From positions 288,001-352,000 of the forward strand of contig CAWDTA010000003.1 of the NCBI GenBank assembly GCA_963805085.1: DNA of 64,000 nt, in the 5' to 3' direction. Below, in pieces: positions 8,210 to 17,523 of this stretch (position 1 is the stretch's first letter; every line of letters starts with the position of its first letter). The notes beneath the pieces were generated by a model. That model saw nothing but the letters and a program-made list of their open reading frames with translations, was not told where the DNA came from and ran no database searches. Origin of the DNA: an uncultured Veillonellaceae bacterium. GTDB lineage: Bacteria; Bacillota; Negativicutes; JARBTT01. A program made the translations under genes and the position numbers.

Positions 8210-9778
8210 ATGAACATTAGTTTTAAAGATGCTGCGCAGCTTGCGTATGCTGGCTATCAAGGTCATAGTGATCAAGTCGATGGATGGCAACTTGGTTTGC
8301 TAAATCATCCAAGTATAAAATCTACTTTTGATGATGGTGACGGTAATGGATTTTTCGGAAGCGGTACTGGTGCGTATGCAAGAGTTTATTCAAATGAAGC
8401 TATTGTGGTCATAACATTTTCTGGGACAAATACCAAAAATGACGTAAGGGATTGGCCTACTTTTGGGGCCTATCAACAAGCTGCCATGAGAAATTGGACA
8501 GATCGTATTGTACACCAAGCTATGGCAGATGGGAAAAATATAGTATTTACGGGAGATAGTCTAGGTGGGCTACTTGCTCAACGGGAACAAAGATTATACG
8601 GCGGAGACAGTATTGCTTTTAATACAGCAGGCCTCTTAAAATCTGATATAGATAAAATAAGTCAACAAAGAGATGCGTGGATTAATGGTGGAGGAGCAGC
8701 TTATGAAGGTGGCGCGCGTATATATGTGAATGCAGATGGTCAAATACTGGAGAATTTTGGCGGATACACTGGGACTGTTTATACTGTTCCAACACAAATG
8801 GGATATCAGCTACAGAGCTTATATGAAGACATGAAGATATATGGTTACGACGACGTTAGAATGGGACAAATATCAGAGCTTCAATTACGAGCACATATCG
8901 AGGGAATGGCTGAAGTAGCAAATTATATCAATATTTTTGGTGAGCCGATACTTGGCAAGTTAGATTTATCTTGGTATAAAGAACATGGATATCCAGGTGA
9001 AGGCGGTGGTACTGAAAAAGACACTGCAGATGTTTCGTTACTTATAGTAAAAGGGGAAGTGTCAGTAAAGGATTATCATAATGCCGCGGGAATAGTAGCT
9101 GCTATGAAGTTAGAGGGCAATCCAGAAGCACAAAAAGCTGTTGATACTTTTTTCGGTATGGATCGTGACAAATATAGCTTTAACCAAAACAATCTAAATA
9201 CCTTGGGCAATCTTAGAAGTATTCAAGGTGTAGCTCATGAATACCTATTGGCACCAGATGATCCAACTTTTATTGATGCAACATTAAGTTTTCAGGATAT
9301 GGCTAACGGTTATGCTTTGGAAGAGAATGAATTTGGAGTATGGTGGAGGATTACTGCATCTGGACAAGTGCATCCAGATGATGTAGACAAGTATCAGAAA
9401 CAGTATGAATATTATGAAAGATTGCATTCTGGCACCATACTTAGAGCGCTACCGCCAGAAGAAGCGTTTAAGTTTAAAAGGAAGGAACACGAAAATTCTG
9501 ATTATATTCATATAGCAGACTTGCCCAATTCTATCAAGAAAGAGAGTATTGGTACTGACTTTGAAGATATTGTAGCAGCTCTAGGAGGAATAAAGGATAC
9601 ACGGAATAATGTTTTTGGAAATTTTGCCAGTTTCGGAGCAGATATACCAAAAGGAGTAGGTTTAGGAAAGATGGGAGTCAGTATTCTTGGTGAAGAAGCT
9701 GACCTATTTAAGGATGCTATTAATACTGGAGAATTTAAGGCGTTATTTGAGTCTATGCAATTAAGAAATGACGAATAA
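8210..9778 (+). CDS. Alpha/beta-hydrolase lipase/phospholipase-like protein with an uncharacterised C-terminal region
   Basis: VITFSGTN, nucleophile elbow TGDSLGG and AFNTAG match the class-3 lipase pattern; ATG at 8210 after AAGGAG; no signal peptide. Confidence 0.7.
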   Translation: MNISFKDAAQLAYAGYQGHSDQVDGWQLGLLNHPSIKSTFDDGDGNGFFGSGTGAYARVYSNEAIVVITFSGTNTKNDVRDWPTFGAYQQAAMRNWTDRIVHQAMADGKNIVFTGDSLGGLLAQREQRLYGGDSIAFNTAGLLKSDIDKISQQRDAWINGGGAAYEGGARIYVNADGQILENFGGYTGTVYTVPTQMGYQLQSLYEDMKIYGYDDVRMGQISELQLRAHIEGMAEVANYINIFGEPILGKLDLSWYKEHGYPGEGGGTEKDTADVSLLIVKGEVSVKDYHNAAGIVAAMKLEGNPEAQKAVDTFFGMDRDKYSFNQNNLNTLGNLRSIQGVAHEYLLAPDDPTFIDATLSFQDMANGYALEENEFGVWWRITASGQVHPDDVDKYQKQYEYYERLHSGTILRALPPEEAFKFKRKEHENSDYIHIADLPNSIKKESIGTDFEDIVAALGGIKDTRNNVFGNFASFGADIPKGVGLGKMGVSILGEEADLFKDAINTGEFKALFESMQLRNDE

Positions 9779-9803
9779 TGCTAAAATAAAGCAATGTAAC
9801 TTT

Positions 9804-9850
9804 ACCCTCTATATCTGATTAGACAGAGATGTAGAGGGTATTTTTTTATT
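9804..9850 (+). terminator. Intrinsic terminator after the lipase-like gene
   Basis: TACCCTCTATATCT...AGATGTAGAGGGTA followed by a T7 run. Confidence 0.8.
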
Positions 9851-9874
9851 AGATATTTAGGTACAGTTAACATA

Positions 9875-9939
9875 CAAAAAACTTCCTAACAGGTTTGAAT
9901 TTTTATAGTTCAATGCTTACCTGTTAGGAAGTTTTTTTA
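9875..9939. terminator. Bidirectional terminator (serves the HAD gene)
   Basis: AAAAAAACTTCCTAACAGGT...ACCTGTTAGGAAGTTTTTTT. Confidence 0.75.
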
Positions 9940-9982
9940 TTTTTACATAAATTTTTATAGAGTATTTGGTGTGAGAGGTCGA

Positions 9983-10690
9983 TTATCCTAAGATGTAATC
10001 AATATCCTGCGTTAAATCGGCGACTGTACCGACGTAATCAGCTTGGACTTTTATGTTTTGACGATTGAGTATATAGTCAGTTAATAGATAAGTTTTCATC
10101 CCTATTTTGCCAGCGGCTAGGTCTTCAGAGACATCGTTGCCTATCATTAGGCATTCTTCTGGTTTTACACCGAGGGTATCGGCTATTTCCTGAAAATATT
10201 GTAGGCTCGGTTTGCAATAATGACTACTTTCGTAGGTGGTGATCAATTGGAAATCAATATCTTGTAAACCAGCCCAAGCAAGACGGTTTTTTACAGCTTT
10301 GATTGGAAAGACTGGATTGGTAGCAACAGTGATGGGAATATTTTTGCTAATAATTTTGCGGATGATTGGTAGAATTTCCGGAACGCTAACCATTTCTTTT
10401 AATTGTTCAAAATCGTTATCGTAGAAACTTTCAATTAGTGGATCAAGAGTCTCTTTAGGTAGTTTTGCATTTGTATTTAAGTATTCCCAAAAGACTTCAG
10501 CATTTGTTTTACTGCCATCCGTACTTTGAATCATAAGGCCTGTGGCGGTAAGAAGTTGCTCGCTAAATTTTATCGGATCAGTAAGGTGCGCTAACTTTTT
10601 GCTAAGTAAGCTAACATAGTTTTTTACAAATAAGACATGATCAAAGTGTATGAGTGTGCCATCTAAATCAAATAGAACATGTTTAATCAT
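9983..10690 (-). CDS. HAD-family hydrolase
   Basis: FDLDGTL, ATNP, KP and MIGND...DL motifs. Confidence 0.9.
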   Translation of the reverse strand: MIKHVLFDLDGTLIHFDHVLFVKNYVSLLSKKLAHLTDPIKFSEQLLTATGLMIQSTDGSKTNAEVFWEYLNTNAKLPKETLDPLIESFYDNDFEQLKEMVSVPEILPIIRKIISKNIPITVATNPVFPIKAVKNRLAWAGLQDIDFQLITTYESSHYCKPSLQYFQEIADTLGVKPEECLMIGNDVSEDLAAGKIGMKTYLLTDYILNRQNIKVQADYVGTVADLTQDIDYILG

Positions 10691-10719
10691 AAGGCTCCTC
10701 CAGAAAATAAATTTACCAT

Positions 10720-11475
10720 TTAATAAATAATTTTAATGTTATGCTTTTTGAAAAATTCTAGCCATTCTAGAGAGGGTTCTATATCTGTTACAACATAGTG
10801 AATAGAGCTAAAGTCTAATGTTTTAGTGAAAGCTGTTTTGTTGAATTTCGAATGATCGGCTAATAATAGCACTTTTTCTGCTTGGTTCACCATTTTTTGT
10901 TTTAGTTCACTTTCGGCTTCGTTAGACTCCATAATACCTTTATCCATACACAAACCCTTACAACTAATAATTGCAATATCAACAAAATAATTGGATAAAG
11001 CAGAACTAGCTGCCGCGCCTGTTAAAGCAAAAGAATGCGAGCGAAGGGATCCACCACTAGAGATGATATTAAAGTTTGAATTGATAAAATCATAAACCAG
11101 TTTAACAGAATTGGTAATGATCGTCAGATCCTGTTTACTTGTTAATAGATTCATTAATACTAAGCTAGTCGTACTAGAATCGACCATGAGTGTATCTCCA
11201 TCATTGATTAAGTTTGCGGCTTTATTAGCAATTTTTTGCTTACTTTGTAAGTTAATGGATGTACGTTTAGGAAATGAAATATCTTCAATTGTATGTTCTT
11301 TTAAAACTGCTCCACCATAACTTCGGTTTAGTTTACCTTCTTTTTCTAGTTTTTCTAAATCGCGACGAACTGTTTCTTCAGTTACTTGAAAAAGTTCACT
11401 TAGCGCAGAAACATATACCTTACGGTCTTGCTGCAGATACTCCATGATTTTTTGGCGACGCTCTATTCCTAAAAT
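10720..11475 (-). CDS. DeoR/GlpR-family regulator of the rhamnose operon
   Basis: HTH VTEETVRRDL, RSYGGA and sugar-binding domain. The start is probably ATT at 11475 (ILGIERRQKIMEYL), 7 nt after AAGGAGG. Confidence 0.88.
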   Translation of the reverse strand: MLGIERRQKIMEYLQQDRKVYVSALSELFQVTEETVRRDLEKLEKEGKLNRSYGGAVLKEHTIEDISFPKRTSINLQSKQKIANKAANLINDGDTLMVDSSTTSLVLMNLLTSKQDLTIITNSVKLVYDFINSNFNIISSGGSLRSHSFALTGAAASSALSNYFVDIAIISCKGLCMDKGIMESNEAESELKQKMVNQAEKVLLLADHSKFNKTAFTKTLDFSSIHYVVTDIEPSLEWLEFFKKHNIKIIY

Positions 11476-11902
11476 AAGAATTCCTCCTTGATATCCAGAT
11501 AAACAAAGAAAAACAAAAGTTCTACTTCTTTATGGAGTTAATCATAATAAAAACGATAAAATCTTTATAATTTTAGTATACAATCAATTGAATAAAAAGA
11601 CAAATGAACAAAAATAAAGAAATTATAAATAAATTTTTATAATAATGTAAACCGATAAAAGGTTTTTATTATAACAACAGACGACAATAAAGAAAAAAAT
11701 AAAGAGAAACACAGAAAAAAATATTGTTTTATCTTTATTGCTGTGGTAATATTAAAACAACAAAGCAAATAACAGTAAATCAAAGATAAAAACATAACTG
11801 ATTTTAAACAAATCAACATAAACTAACAAAGTTATAATAAATCAGTTAAATATTTTGTTAAATCATCGCTTTGTAACGATATTTACGGATGGGGAGGTTC
11901 GA

Positions 11903-13306
11903 ATGAAAACATGTTATTTGGCAATTGATATAGGAGCATCGAGTGGACGGCATATTTTAGGATGGCTTGAAAATGGCAAGGTATGTATTGAAGAAATTTA
12001 TCGTTTTGAAAATAAATTGATAGAACGAAATGAACATCTTTGTTGGGATTTAGAAAAGCTATTTGCTGAAGTTGTTGAAGGAATCAAATGTTGTAAAAAA
12101 TATCATCGGATTCCCGTAAGTGTTGGTATTGATACTTGGGGAGTAGATTTTGTCTTACTTGATGGAGAAAACAAAATCTTAGGTGATACAGTAGCCTATC
12201 GTGATAAACGGACCAATGGTATTGATGTTGAAGTTTATAAAATTATCAAAGAAGCAGATATTTATAGCCGAAATGGCATCCAAAAGCAATTATTTAATTC
12301 AATATATCAATTATATGCAATAAAATTGCAAAATTCAGAATTTTTAGCTAGGGCAAACAGTTTCTTGATGATTCCAGACTATTTAAATTTTTTATTAACA
12401 GGTAAAAAGGTCAATGAATATACCAATGCGACGACCACGCAGTTGGTGCATGCGGATACGCAGGATTGGGATTGGAATTTGATTGATCAACTTGGCTTGC
12501 CAAGAAAAATTTTTGGGGCGCTTAAATTACCGAAAGATTCGGTTGGCAATTTCTCAGCACAAATTCAGAGTAAGGTTGGCTTCGATGCTGAAGTAGTACT
12601 TCCTGCGACACATGATACAGGTTCAGCAGTATTATCTGTTCCAGCCAATGATGATGATTATATTTATTTAAGTTCGGGAACCTGGTCCTTGATGGGCGTT
12701 GAACGTAAAATACCAGATTGTACAGAAAAAAGCAGAGTAAGAAACTTTACGAATGAAGGTGGCTACCATTATCGCTACCGTTATTTGAAAAATATTATGG
12801 GGCTATGGATGATGCAGTCTATCCGTAAAGAATTTAAGCATAACTATAGTTTTTCGGATCTATTTACTTTAGCAAAAATAGGGGATTACTTTACATCGGT
12901 TGTTGATGTAAATGATCCACTTTTCTTGGCACCAAAGTCTATGATTGAAGCACTGCAAGAATATTGTGAACGTACGAAACAAGAAAAGCCAGAAACGGAA
13001 TGTGAGATACTAGCGTGTGTTTATCGGAGTCTAGCAAAGAGTTATGCGGAAACTGTAAAAGAAATTGAGCATATTACAGGAAAAAAATATACGAGAATTC
13101 ACATTGTCGGTGGTGGATCACAAGACCTTTATCTCAATAAACTGACGGCACTTTACACGGAAAAAGAAGTATATGCAGGTCCTGTGGAAGCAACCGCATT
13201 AGGGAATATTATGGCGCAAATGTTAAAAAACAAAGAGTTAGAAAATCTTATCGAAGCTAGAGAAACAATCAAAAGATCCTTTGATATTAAAAAAGTTGGA
13301 GTGTGA
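11903..13306 (+). CDS. rhaB: Rhamnulokinase
   Basis: LAIDIGASSGR, IDTWGVD, HDTGSA, SSGTWSL and NEGG motifs; operon context. Confidence 0.93.
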   Translation: MKTCYLAIDIGASSGRHILGWLENGKVCIEEIYRFENKLIERNEHLCWDLEKLFAEVVEGIKCCKKYHRIPVSVGIDTWGVDFVLLDGENKILGDTVAYRDKRTNGIDVEVYKIIKEADIYSRNGIQKQLFNSIYQLYAIKLQNSEFLARANSFLMIPDYLNFLLTGKKVNEYTNATTTQLVHADTQDWDWNLIDQLGLPRKIFGALKLPKDSVGNFSAQIQSKVGFDAEVVLPATHDTGSAVLSVPANDDDYIYLSSGTWSLMGVERKIPDCTEKSRVRNFTNEGGYHYRYRYLKNIMGLWMMQSIRKEFKHNYSFSDLFTLAKIGDYFTSVVDVNDPLFLAPKSMIEALQEYCERTKQEKPETECEILACVYRSLAKSYAETVKEIEHITGKKYTRIHIVGGGSQDLYLNKLTALYTEKEVYAGPVEATALGNIMAQMLKNKELENLIEARETIKRSFDIKKVGV

Positions 13307-13309
13307 TAC

Positions 13310-14554
13310 ATGATGACAAGATTTGAATCAGCAAAAGAAATGTATAAAAATATTGGTGTCGATGTGGATGCCGCACTTGAAAAATTAGCAAAAGTAAAAA
13401 TTTCGATGCATTGTTGGCAAGGCGATGATGTTGCAGGTTTTGAACACGCAGCAAGTTTATCCGGTGGGATTCAGGCAACAGGAAATTATCCAGGTAAAGC
13501 AAGAAATCCAGAAGAGTTAATGGCCGATATTGATAAAGCATTGAGTTTAATTCCAGGAAAACATAGAATTAATCTTCATGCATGCTATGCGATTACTGAT
13601 GAAAAAGTAGATCGTGATAAATTAGAACCAAAACATTTCGCGAAATGGGTTGAATTTGCTAAAACAAGAGGCTTGGGACTAGACTTCAATCCAACGCTGT
13701 TTTCACATCAAAAAGCAGCAGATGGGTTAACTCTATCACATCCAAACCCTGAAATTCGCAAATTTTGGATAGAACATTGCAAAGCTTCTAGAAGAATTGC
13801 CGCATATATAGGAAAAGAACTTGGATCACCTTGTTTAAATAATATTTGGATTCCAGACGGCTATAAAGATGTTCCAGCAGATCGTTTTAGCCCTAGAAAA
13901 CGTTTAAAAGAGTCTTTGGATGAAATATTTGCTGAAAAGCTCGATGCGAGATATATCGTTGACAGTGTAGAATCAAAAGTATTTGGTATCGGCGTAGAAT
14001 CTTATACTGTAGGTTCACATGAATTCTATATGAATTATGCAGCAAAAAATAATGTGCTTTGCTTATTGGATAATGGTCATTATCATCCAACAGAAATGGT
14101 TTCTGATAAAATTCCTTCCATGTTACTATTTGCTGATCAATTAGCCTTGCATGTAACCCGCCCAGTACGTTGGGATAGTGATCATGTTGTATTATTCAAT
14201 GATGAATTAAAAGAAATTGCCAAAGAAATTGTGCGATGCGATGCGTTAGATCGTGTGCTGATTGGTCTAGATTTCTTCGATGCTAGTATCAACCGTATTT
14301 CTGCATGGGTTGTTGGTATGCGCAATATGCAAAAAGCATTGCTTGCGGCACTATTAACACCATATGCTGAATTTGCTAAATTTCAAAATGATGGTAGATT
14401 CTATGAACTGATGGCCTTGCAAGAAGAAATAAAAATTTATCCAATCGGTGACATTTGGAATCATTTCTGTGAAATGAACAAAGTACCAGAGATGCAAAAC
14501 TGGCTCCCAGAAATCAGAAAATATGAAGAAAATGTGCAGATGAAAAGAGGGTAA
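13310..14554 (+). CDS. rhaA: L-rhamnose isomerase
   Basis: [39 protein letters not shown] and RWDSDHV motifs. Confidence 0.97.
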   Translation: MMTRFESAKEMYKNIGVDVDAALEKLAKVKISMHCWQGDDVAGFEHAASLSGGIQATGNYPGKARNPEELMADIDKALSLIPGKHRINLHACYAITDEKVDRDKLEPKHFAKWVEFAKTRGLGLDFNPTLFSHQKAADGLTLSHPNPEIRKFWIEHCKASRRIAAYIGKELGSPCLNNIWIPDGYKDVPADRFSPRKRLKESLDEIFAEKLDARYIVDSVESKVFGIGVESYTVGSHEFYMNYAAKNNVLCLLDNGHYHPTEMVSDKIPSMLLFADQLALHVTRPVRWDSDHVVLFNDELKEIAKEIVRCDALDRVLIGLDFFDASINRISAWVVGMRNMQKALLAALLTPYAEFAKFQNDGRFYELMALQEEIKIYPIGDIWNHFCEMNKVPEMQNWLPEIRKYEENVQMKRG

Positions 14555-14560
14555 TTGGAT

Positions 14561-15379
14561 ATGAAAGTAACTGAAGCTAAATTTGTTGAAGGATTTATCA
14601 GAGTAACAGATGATGCATTTAAAAAAGGCTGGCATGAAAGAAATGGTGGAAATTTTAGTTACAGAATCAAGCCAGAAGAAATTGAAGTAATAAGAGGAGA
14701 TTTAAAACCAGCAAGGTCTTGGCAGCCCATTGGTGTAGATGTACCAAATTTAGCTGGTGAATACTTTTTGGTAACCGGTAGCGGTAAATATATGCGCAAT
14801 GTAATCCTTTGTCCAGAAGATAATATCGCAATTGCGTTAATTGATGAAAAAGGTGAAAACTACAGTATTGTTTGGGGCCTGGAACATGGCGGCTCTCCAA
14901 CAAGTGAGTTTCCAACACATTTGATGAATCACAGCATCAAAAAAGATTTAACTGGTGGCAAACATCGCGTTATTTATCATTCGCATCCAGTCAATATCAT
15001 CGCATTGACCTTTGTATTGCCATTAGAAGATAAAGTATTTACACGTGAGATGTGGGAGATGATGACAGAATGTCCTGTGATCTTCCCGCGTGGTATCGGT
15101 GTGGTGTCTTGGATGGTACCTGGCGGTCGTGATATCGCGATTGCAACGAGTGAATTGATGAAAAAATACGATGTGGTAATTTGGGCACATCATGGAATAT
15201 TCTGCTCTGGTGAAGATTTTGATTTGACCTTTGGCTTAATGGATACCGTAGAAAAGTCAGCTGAAATCTGCATAAAAGTATTGTCTATGGGAGGGAAAAA
15301 ACAGACGATTAGCAGCCAAAACTTCCGGGATTTAGCGAAAGAGTTTAAGATTGATTTAAATGAAGAATTTTTAGATTAA
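14561..15379 (+). CDS. rhaD: Rhamnulose-1-phosphate aldolase
   Basis: GWHERNGGN, PTSEFPTH, HSHP, TECP and WAHHG motifs. Confidence 0.95.
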   Translation: MKVTEAKFVEGFIRVTDDAFKKGWHERNGGNFSYRIKPEEIEVIRGDLKPARSWQPIGVDVPNLAGEYFLVTGSGKYMRNVILCPEDNIAIALIDEKGENYSIVWGLEHGGSPTSEFPTHLMNHSIKKDLTGGKHRVIYHSHPVNIIALTFVLPLEDKVFTREMWEMMTECPVIFPRGIGVVSWMVPGGRDIAIATSELMKKYDVVIWAHHGIFCSGEDFDLTFGLMDTVEKSAEICIKVLSMGGKKQTISSQNFRDLAKEFKIDLNEEFLD

Positions 15380-15507
15380 TGAGATAGCCTGCTGGATTAT
15401 TCGAAAGAATATCTGGTAAGGCTACCTTTCCAAATGTGAATTATCTGTAAATTTGCTATTTTTTGAATTATATAAATAAATTTATAAAGAATGGAAGGGA
15501 TTTTACA

Positions 15508-16836
15508 ATGACAACAAAAGAACCTTCAGCGTGGAAAAAGACGATTATAGCTGCAATGACAAGTTATATTGATGCTGGTTCAATCGTAGCTGGAGCTGCA
15601 GGCTTAAGTTTATGGCAGGCGTATCTCGGCATGGATGGGGCTCAGATTGGTTGGCTAGGTGCTTTAAGTTCAAATGCCGGATCAGCAGCTGTTGGTGCGT
15701 TGATCGGTGGTCGTCTCTGCGATAAATATGGGCGTAAGTTTGTTTATACGTATGACTTATTGGTTTATATCCTTGGTATGTTATTGATTGTATTTGGTGT
15801 GAATTATGCAATGTTAATTGGGGGTTATATTATTGTAGGCCTTGGAGTAGGTGCTGATGTAGTAGCTTCATGGACAATGATTGCAGAACAGGCTCCAGCA
15901 GAAGATCGGGCTAAGCATTGTGGTAGTGCGCAATTTGCCTGGGCGCTTGGGCCAGCAGTTGTATTGCTATTATCCGTACTTTTAAGTGATTATGGACTTC
16001 TTGGTAATCGTATTGTTTTTGGACATTTAATTTTAGTAGCACTTTGGGTATGGTACCAACGTCTACAGATGCCTGAGTCGGATGATTGGAAAGCAGCAAA
16101 ATTAAAAGAACAACAAATGATTGCAGAGGGGAAGATTGAGAAAATTTCTTATAGCGTGTTGCTTAAAGGGGTAAATCTCAAAACTGTACTTTTTCTTTGC
16201 GGGGTATATGTAATTTGGAATATGTGTGCTGGAACATGGGGATTTTTTATGCCATATATTTTTGAAAATGTTGGTAAGTTAACCAATGCACAATCGAATA
16301 CGATGCAAATTGGATCTTTTGTGATTTCCACTTTATCCACGTATTTTATTTTCATGAAATTGGGTGACCGAGTAAATCGTCGCTGGTTATACTTTATTAT
16401 TGGAGCGTTATATGTGATTGGTTGGTCTGTATGGTTATTACCAGCATCCGCTATGTCGATGAGTCTACTCATTATGTTTACTGTATTTTCTGGAATTAAT
16501 AATGGTTCTGGACAGCAGGCTTTTTATCAATTATGGTGTAGCGAATTATTTCCGGCACGTTATAGAGCAACAGCACAAGGACTTACGTTTTTTGCAGCTC
16601 GTATTTTGGTTGCGGTCTGGGCATATTGCGTACCTGTAATTATGGAGTCTGTAGGCTTTGGTCTGGCAGCTGGTATCATCGTTGCTTTCGCGACAATAAG
16701 CTTACTAATCGGTACAATATGGACACCAGATACCAGTGGTAAAACGCTTGAACAAATTGAATTTGAGCGATATGGAACACTTGAACAGCAAGATAAAGAC
16801 AGTGTGAATGGTCAGGCAGCTGCTAACTTAAAATAA
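15508..16836 (+). CDS. MFS sugar transporter (probable rhamnose permease)
   Basis: GRLCDKYGRK, ELFPARYRATAQG, PDTSGKTLEQI; about 12 TM segments; inside the rha operon. Confidence 0.85.
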   Translation: MTTKEPSAWKKTIIAAMTSYIDAGSIVAGAAGLSLWQAYLGMDGAQIGWLGALSSNAGSAAVGALIGGRLCDKYGRKFVYTYDLLVYILGMLLIVFGVNYAMLIGGYIIVGLGVGADVVASWTMIAEQAPAEDRAKHCGSAQFAWALGPAVVLLLSVLLSDYGLLGNRIVFGHLILVALWVWYQRLQMPESDDWKAAKLKEQQMIAEGKIEKISYSVLLKGVNLKTVLFLCGVYVIWNMCAGTWGFFMPYIFENVGKLTNAQSNTMQIGSFVISTLSTYFIFMKLGDRVNRRWLYFIIGALYVIGWSVWLLPASAMSMSLLIMFTVFSGINNGSGQQAFYQLWCSELFPARYRATAQGLTFFAARILVAVWAYCVPVIMESVGFGLAAGIIVAFATISLLIGTIWTPDTSGKTLEQIEFERYGTLEQQDKDSVNGQAAANLK

Positions 16837-16941
16837 TACTGCATTTTAAGGAAGAGGAAGAGACGATTTTAAATTTATTAAGTTAGAACGGCTTTTTCTG
16901 ATATAAGTAAAATTAAAAATCGTAAAATAGGGGAGATTTAT

Positions 16942-17259
16942 ATGGAAAGGTATGCTTGGAAGGCAATTGTACACGATAATAAGTTGCTAGAATATAAGAA
17001 ACGTCACGATGAAATTTGGCCAGAAATGAAAGAGCTATTGAAATCAGCCGGGATTTGTAATTATTCCATTTGGAATGTTGGCCATGAATTATTTGGCTAC
17101 TACGAATGTGAAAAGGGGGCTGATTATGCCGCGAAAGTGCAGTCGGAAAGTCAGATTGTTGATAAATGGAATGAATATATGAAAGATGTTATGACGATGG
17201 AGATGGATACAGAGACTGGTGCGCAACCTCAATTGAAAGAAATGTTTTATTTAAAATAA
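16942..17259 (+). CDS. rhaM: L-rhamnose mutarotase
   Basis: EYKKRHDEIWPEM, GICNYSIW and LFGYYE motifs. Confidence 0.95.
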   Translation: MERYAWKAIVHDNKLLEYKKRHDEIWPEMKELLKSAGICNYSIWNVGHELFGYYECEKGADYAAKVQSESQIVDKWNEYMKDVMTMEMDTETGAQPQLKEMFYLK

Positions 17260-17264
17260 TAAGA

Positions 17265-17353
17265 AAGAACCTCGTTGCCATAAAAAACCTGACCCCCATA
17301 AGCTAGATTTAGGTCTAACTTATGGGGGTCAGTTCAGCGACGAGGTTCTTTTC
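17265..17353 (+). terminator. rha operon terminator with an IS-derived palindrome in its loop
   Basis: Outer stem AAGAACCTCGTTGC / GCGACGAGGTTCTT followed by TTC. Confidence 0.7.
17285..17336. mobile_element. Minimal IS3-family-like element consisting of two inverted repeats
   Basis: CTGACCCCCATAAGCTAGA...TCTAACTTATGGGGGTCAGTTCA; the end reads TGAACTGACCCCCATAAGTTAGAC on the minus strand and matches the IR at 39773. Confidence 0.6.
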
Positions 17354-17523
17354 GTAGTAGGCACAAAAACTAAATTAAGAAAAAAATGTGACGGTATTTT
17401 TAGGAATATTGTAGGAAAGTCTTGCATTTTTTTGACAAAACATTAATAATAAAGGATACACCTTTTTATTTTTATCGAGTGATTGAATGAAAAATTTACA
17501 TATTTAGTAAGTGGAGGATAGAA

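Larger units (their letters stand above)
1..9850 (+). mobile_element. Distal end of a prophage or tailocin-like element (tail, accessory genes, lysis, terminal accessory unit)
   Basis: Co-oriented tail-tip, tail fibre, holin-like and amidase genes, then accessory ORFs; housekeeping genes resume at 9983. No integrase or att site is visible, so the right boundary is approximate. Confidence 0.8.

Noticed and set aside
9779-9982. attR or tRNA at the prophage boundary
   Set aside because: Only two terminator hairpins are visible; there is no cloverleaf, and an att core cannot be identified without the left end.
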